From positions 1-50,466 of IMG/VR virus record IMGVR_UViG_3300024356_000616: 50,466 nucleotides of DNA; one strand, written 5' to 3'. Both the position numbers and the translations under genes were made by a program. The DNA comes from a virus (lineage: Duplodnaviria; Caudoviricetes). The notes under the pieces are model-generated. The model had not been told where the DNA came from. It was given only the letters and a program-made list of their open reading frames with translations, and made no database searches. Of this stretch, positions 46,566 to 50,466 are shown piece by piece. The stretch's first letter is position 1; the number at the start of each line of letters is the position of its first letter.

Positions 46566-46918
46566 TATTCTTCTCCTTCGTATTTTGGTATTCCGCCGGG
46601 CGCAAGATATTCAAGCGAACTATAATGCACAAAAACTACTTGCTGTCTTCCACTGCAAGGTTCACCCTGACCTTGGAAAGATGTGTTAATAGGATTGTCG
46701 AGTTTTACTAGGTAACCACTAGCAAGAGAGTCACCATGGTAGTAGCACACAAGACCTGAGCACACCTTGCCGTGCACCACTTCTGCGGGGTTGTTTTCAA
46801 ACAACCCCCAGACGTGAACATCGCAGTAGAGTGGTAAAAAGTCTTGGATACCCACCACATTTGTTTCGCCAGCTTGAACTGGTGCATCATCCAGTGCCAC
46901 ATCAATTGACTCTTGCAT
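46565..46918 (-). CDS. Hypothetical protein
   Basis: GAGGAG RBS; TAATG coupling. Confidence 0.65.
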   Translation of the reverse strand: MQESIDVALDDAPVQAGETNVVGIQDFLPLYCDVHVWGLFENNPAEVVHGKVCSGLVCYYHGDSLASGYLVKLDNPINTSFQGQGEPCSGRQQVVFVHYSSLEYLAPGGIPKYEGEE

Positions 46919-47024
46919 CTTCGCACTCCTCTAAAATCTTCTTGTTTGTCAGAACACTTGTTTCAAATTCCCACCTGTCGTAATCTTCGTATCCACCACA
47001 ATCGCACTGTTCTTGCTCGTCCAT
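46902..47024 (-). CDS. Small acidic protein (40 aa, not in ORF track)
   Basis: MDEQEQCDCGGYEDYDRWEF...; TAATG coupling and GGAG RBS. Confidence 0.5.
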   Translation of the reverse strand: MDEQEQCDCGGYEDYDRWEFETSVLTNKKILEECEDARVN

Positions 47025-47428
47025 TACTCCACCTCACTTTCTGGGTAGAGTTCAATTCCTTGGCGCACAAGTTCTTCGCTTAACGCCTGATCCTGCATTT
47101 CGCAGGAGTAAATAGTTTCATGTTCCCAATTCTCACCCCACGTTGGTGTGTAGATGGTGTACACGTTCCCTGTGATGGATGAGTGCAATGCTGCATCAAC
47201 CCCATCGGCTTCGAGCAAGAAGATTCGCACCCTGTCTGGTCGCATCGAGCACATGGTTGCTTTAATAGATTCTCGTTGGTTGGAAACGATGCAGTTGAGA
47301 CATTCAAGGAATCTGTACCACTGGTCGTTTGCCAAACTTGGGCGCAGGTTGCGCAATGCGTGAACAATCCGATCTGCAACAAAATAGCGAACATTCTTAT
47401 TAACCACCTTTTCACAAACAGCACTCAT
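47024..47428 (-). CDS. Hypothetical protein, first gene of the early operon
   Basis: AGGAG RBS within cassette B. Confidence 0.7.
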   Translation of the reverse strand: MSAVCEKVVNKNVRYFVADRIVHALRNLRPSLANDQWYRFLECLNCIVSNQRESIKATMCSMRPDRVRIFLLEADGVDAALHSSITGNVYTIYTPTWGENWEHETIYSCEMQDQALSEELVRQGIELYPESEVE

Positions 47429-47505
47429 AGCAGCACTCCTAAACTTTGTTCTACAGCCATCACTGCGATGGTTGTATGATCAATCTACAAACATATTCGG
47501 CAGAC
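47429..47505 (-). promoter_or_regulatory. Conserved promoter-leader cassette (copy B)
   Basis: TGCCGA-N8-GTAGA-N6-ATACAACCAT..AGGAGTGCTGCT-ATG, same spacing as copy A. Confidence 0.65.
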
Positions 47506-47624
47506 GCAATATAAAAAACCTTGTAATTTTTTCAAAATGTCGCAAAACCCTTGCAGACATAGTGTTTTTCTGCTAAAAATTTTTTCTGAGAGTGCTGCTA
47601 ACATGTGTAAAGGAGTGCAAGTAG

Positions 47625-47822
47625 ATGTCGCCTAAAAACCCACCAGAAAAAAGTGGCGAAGATGAAACAACCACTGTTCGTGTACGGCGTAAAACGCTGC
47701 ATTTAATGCAGATAATTGCAGCTTGGAAGAACCTTACCCTGACGGATTATTTAGATCACCTGATGCGAGAACAGGGTACAAAAGACCTAGATTCCATGAA
47801 AAAGAACATTCACACCCTGTAG
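47625..47822 (+). CDS. Ribbon-helix-helix regulator (candidate repressor)
   Basis: TTTVRV strand plus two helices; divergent from the early operon; AAGGAG RBS. Confidence 0.7.
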   Translation: MSPKNPPEKSGEDETTTVRVRRKTLHLMQIIAAWKNLTLTDYLDHLMREQGTKDLDSMKKNIHTL

Positions 47823-47834
47823 GAAAGTGCAAAT

Positions 47835-47868
47835 AAAAACCCCGGCCCTAAAAAGCCGGGGTTTTTTT
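47835..47868 (+). terminator. Intrinsic terminator
   Basis: AAAAACCCCGGC-N8-GCCGGGGTTTTTTT. Confidence 0.85.
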
Positions 47869-47883
47869 ACGTCTGTGTGAGTA

Positions 47884-47939
47884 ACTTCTTAGAGTAAGTT
47901 AAAAAAGAATATATTCTTTTTTAACTTACTCTAAGAAGT
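47884..47939. repeat. Perfect 56-bp palindrome
   Basis: Checked base by base; centre at 47911/47912. Confidence 0.95.
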
Positions 47940-48006
47940 ACTAAGTGTACTTAGTGCAATATAGAGTAATATAGAGTAATATATAAAAGCAAATATCGTG
48001 CCAATT

Positions 48007-48039
48007 TGTACAGTGACGTACAGTAAATGTACAGTAAAC
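48007..48039 (+). repeat. Three tandem putative integrase arm-type sites
   Basis: TGTACAGTGAC-GTACAGTAAA-TGTACAGTAAAC, about 90 bp from the att core. Confidence 0.75.
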
Positions 48040-48131
48040 CACCTCAAACAAGCAAAAATGCACTTCCAAACAAAATGTTTAAAGAAGTGCATAAGTTCAA
48101 TAACAGCAAGCTTTTACGGCCCGTGAATATA

Positions 48132-48173
48132 TGCGCCCGGTAAGATTCGAACCTACGACCCTCGGTTTAGGAA
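48132..48173 (-). other. att core: 3' fragment of tRNA-Arg(CCT)
   Basis: TTCCTAA-ACCGA-GGGTC-GTAGGTTCGAATCTTAC-CGGGCGC-A; no D-arm or 5' acceptor strand upstream. Confidence 0.88.
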
Positions 48174-48598
48174 CCAGAGAACTCGATACGCTGAAACCCT
48201 TTGTAAATAAGCATATTCCGCACATACCGGAAGGGGTGGGAGACCAAAAAGGAGACCAAGAATTTCTGAACTCAAAGCTCTTGGAGCTTAACTTTGCCTG
48301 GCCAAGCCTTCCAACAGCAATCAAGATGCTTATAGTTTCTATTTTCCTGAAAAGCCGGGAGGGTAGTCCTTGCCAAGGCTAGGCTGATTGAGGTTTGTCG
48401 GTATTGCGACAAGCCTTTTCTAGGAGGGGACCTTCCTGGTAAAGCATGGATACCTTTGGCGCTTAGTTCAATTCCTAAATCCGCCCATTGATAATTCAGG
48501 TAACTTAATTCCCTACCAACCCGCGTCATAATCTGCTGGCCAAGCCATATGGTTTAGCTGCCTTCAACCATGGGCATGCATGGTGGCAGGAGGATCTT

Positions 48599-49747
48599 AT
48601 GAACGCAGTTTTAACTTCTAGGCCTATCAAGCAGGAAAACCCACTAACCGTCCAGGACAAGTTTCAAAGCACCCGTAAAGAGCTTTCCAATTCGCTTATT
48701 GAACGCCAGGAGGAAATCGATCTTGCATTGACGTGTCTTCTGGCCAGCGAGCACCTGCTTCTGGTAGGGCCTCCGGGTACGGGTAAGTCTTTGCTAGTTG
48801 ATAGTCTCATGCAATGGATGCATGGGAGCAAATTCGTATATCTGTTAAACCGCTTTACGATGCCAGAAGAGCTTTTAGGCATGTACAGCCTTTCGGAGCT
48901 GAAGTCTGATCGGTTTGTACGGATAACCCAAGGCAAACTTCCCGAGGCGCAGTTTTGCTTCTTGGACGAGATATTTCGGGGTTCACCTGCGATTTTGAAT
49001 ATTCTTTTGAAGATTCTCAACGAAAGAACATTTGATAAAGGCGATGGTATTCAACGCAGAGTTCCCTTGGAACTCTGCGTGGCAGCGGCCAATGACTACC
49101 CTCAAGGGGATGAGGCTAAAAGCTTGGGTGCGCTCTTGGACCGCTTTCTGGTACGTAAAACCGTTCAACCGATTAAAACGAAGAATGGCAGGCAAAAGCT
49201 TCTTTGGGCTAACAGCCTGGCGGAGCTGTCCACTTCTCTGGCTAAGCCTGAACTTGAGGCAGCCAGGCTGGATGCCCAAGGGCTGGATTGGTCCAAGGAA
49301 GCAATGGATGCCCTGGAGAACATTCTTCAAGACCTAGCCAGGGAGGGCGTGGTTATTGGGGATCGCAGGCAGGCAAAGTCAGTGGTTTTGGTAAGGGCTT
49401 ATGCCTGGCTTCAGGGCGCAAGCGAGGTACTTCCAGAGCATTTGGAAGTCCTGCAGCATGTGCTTTGGACAGAACCCACTAAAGAGCCTGCCAAGGTAAA
49501 GAGTGCCATTCTCAAGCATGCCTCACCCACGGGCATGAAGGTAACGGGGTTGCTTTCCGAGGCACAGGAAGTGCTGGAAGGCTGTAATCCTGCCGACCTG
49601 GCTCAGGCAGCGACCACAGCCGCCAAGCTGACTGAGGTTCAGAAGAAGCTTTCTAGCTTGAAGAAGTCTGAACGGGTCAGAGAGGCTCTAGACTTCGTCA
49701 AGAACCAGATTCAGCAGCTTCGCCTCAAAAGTTTGGATTCCATCTAA
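48599..49747 (+). CDS. MoxR-family AAA+ ATPase (RavA-like)
   Basis: GPPGTGKS, FLDEIF, LNERTF, ALLDRF, DRR. Confidence 0.92.
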   Translation: MNAVLTSRPIKQENPLTVQDKFQSTRKELSNSLIERQEEIDLALTCLLASEHLLLVGPPGTGKSLLVDSLMQWMHGSKFVYLLNRFTMPEELLGMYSLSELKSDRFVRITQGKLPEAQFCFLDEIFRGSPAILNILLKILNERTFDKGDGIQRRVPLELCVAAANDYPQGDEAKSLGALLDRFLVRKTVQPIKTKNGRQKLLWANSLAELSTSLAKPELEAARLDAQGLDWSKEAMDALENILQDLAREGVVIGDRRQAKSVVLVRAYAWLQGASEVLPEHLEVLQHVLWTEPTKEPAKVKSAILKHASPTGMKVTGLLSEAQEVLEGCNPADLAQAATTAAKLTEVQKKLSSLKKSERVREALDFVKNQIQQLRLKSLDSI

Positions 49748-49766
49748 TTGTACTTACCCATTTCTT

Positions 49767-49796
49767 AAGGCCGCAGGGGTTACCTGCGGCCTTTTT
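49767..49796 (+). terminator. Terminator-like hairpin between ATPase and partner gene
   Basis: AAGGCCGCAGG-N5-CCTGCGGCCTTTTT. Confidence 0.65.
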
Positions 49797-49815
49797 CATT
49801 TCCAAGGAGGATTTT

Positions 49816-50466
49816 ATGACTGAGGAACGATTGCAGACCTTGCTGGTATCTCCTGAGATACCAGCAGTTTTACAAAAAGAGCCCATTCAACAGCCAACTG
49901 AACTCAAGCTCGACCTTTGGGACCTTCGGCAGGGCGAGACCTTACTCAGCGAAAGCCCAAAGCTACAGCAGATGGCGTTGAGTAAAGAAGAAGTGTCTGA
50001 TCTTCATGGAATGGCGTTCCTGCCAGAGTTGCAGTTCCATGAAACACCCACAGATCCTTTAAGGCATGGCTTTATGAAGCAGATGCTTCAAAACCTTGAT
50101 TTTCAAGGCCTTAAGCAGGGTACAGCCCTAAACGTTGTCGCTTCTCAAATAGCAACCCTGGCTTTTTGCGAGGCATTCCAAGCACTGAAGGGAAAAGTGG
50201 AGACGTCTCCAATCAAGTTACCAGAATCCAAAACTAAGGATATCGAATGTATGATCAGTGTTGCTAGGGCTGCTGAAAAGGCAGAATTGGAAATTAATGA
50301 CTTTAACCAGGCATGCGATGCTTATGGTTTAGGCTCTGGAAAACCCGGAAGATCGCTGGATTCGAAGGAACTTGCCAATCTTTTTAGGTGTTTTCAGGCC
50401 AATGCTGTCATTAGGCAGATTGCCAGGCTGGCAGGCTGCTATAAGCAGGTGGCCCAGGGTTGTCAC
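49816..50466 (+). CDS. ViaA/vWA-like partner protein, truncated by the window edge
   Basis: AAGGAGG RBS; 217 open codons to the end; IRQIARLAG.YK motif; follows a MoxR ATPase. Confidence 0.7.
   Translation, partial: MTEERLQTLLVSPEIPAVLQKEPIQQPTELKLDLWDLRQGETLLSESPKLQQMALSKEEVSDLHGMAFLPELQFHETPTDPLRHGFMKQMLQNLDFQGLKQGTALNVVASQIATLAFCEAFQALKGKVETSPIKLPESKTKDIECMISVARAAEKAELEINDFNQACDAYGLGSGKPGRSLDSKELANLFRCFQANAVIRQIARLAGCYKQVAQGCH

Larger units (their letters stand above)
1..48173. mobile_element. Temperate tailed prophage (~48 kb); the left att probably lies just outside the window
   Basis: Integrase at the left end and tRNA-derived att at the right end; complete head, tail, packaging and replication modules; shared TGTACAGTAAAC repeats at both ends; composition changes after ~48180. 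Confidence 0.93.
48174..50466. mobile_element. End of a second integrative element sharing the tRNA-Arg att
   Basis: Non-tRNA DNA 5' of the tRNA fragment, GGAGACCAA direct repeats at 48239-48259, different composition. Confidence 0.55.

Noticed and set aside
46-47479. Numerous short antisense ORFs overlapping the long minus-strand genes
   Set aside because: Shadow ORFs without RBS or recognisable motifs
48132-48210. Intact tRNA-Arg gene
   Set aside because: No D-arm or 5' acceptor strand; only the 3' 42 nt are present
48097-48529. ORFs spanning the att site
   Set aside because: They cross the tRNA fragment and repeats; likely spurious

Overview
Positions 1 to ~48173 are an essentially complete ~48-kb temperate tailed prophage. 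Almost all genes are on the minus strand. Modules in window order: tyrosine integrase, GNA1-like acetyltransferase, YqaJ exonuclease, an atypical lysis/envelope cassette, tail fibres and other tail genes, a Mu-like head module (gp36, capsid, protease/scaffold, DUF935-like portal) with a 1298-aa multidomain protein inside it, TerL, small accessory operons, TerS, a family A DNA polymerase/primase-helicase/SSB/RecT replication module, and a ribbon-helix-helix regulator. The right boundary is a 42-bp 3' fragment of tRNA-Arg(CCT). Matching integrase arm-type repeats occur at both prophage ends. The DNA beyond the att site looks like a second integrated element (MoxR/RavA-like ATPase plus a ViaA/vWA-like partner), not the intact tRNA. 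The host is probably a Planctomycete, but that is inference from remembered motifs. Most notable signals: a perfect 56-bp palindrome next to att, a repeated promoter-leader cassette, a candidate peptidase-based lysis module, a candidate head-packaged effector polyprotein, and TGCA enrichment with apparent CGCG absence. All family assignments come from motif recognition by eye; no database searches were run.
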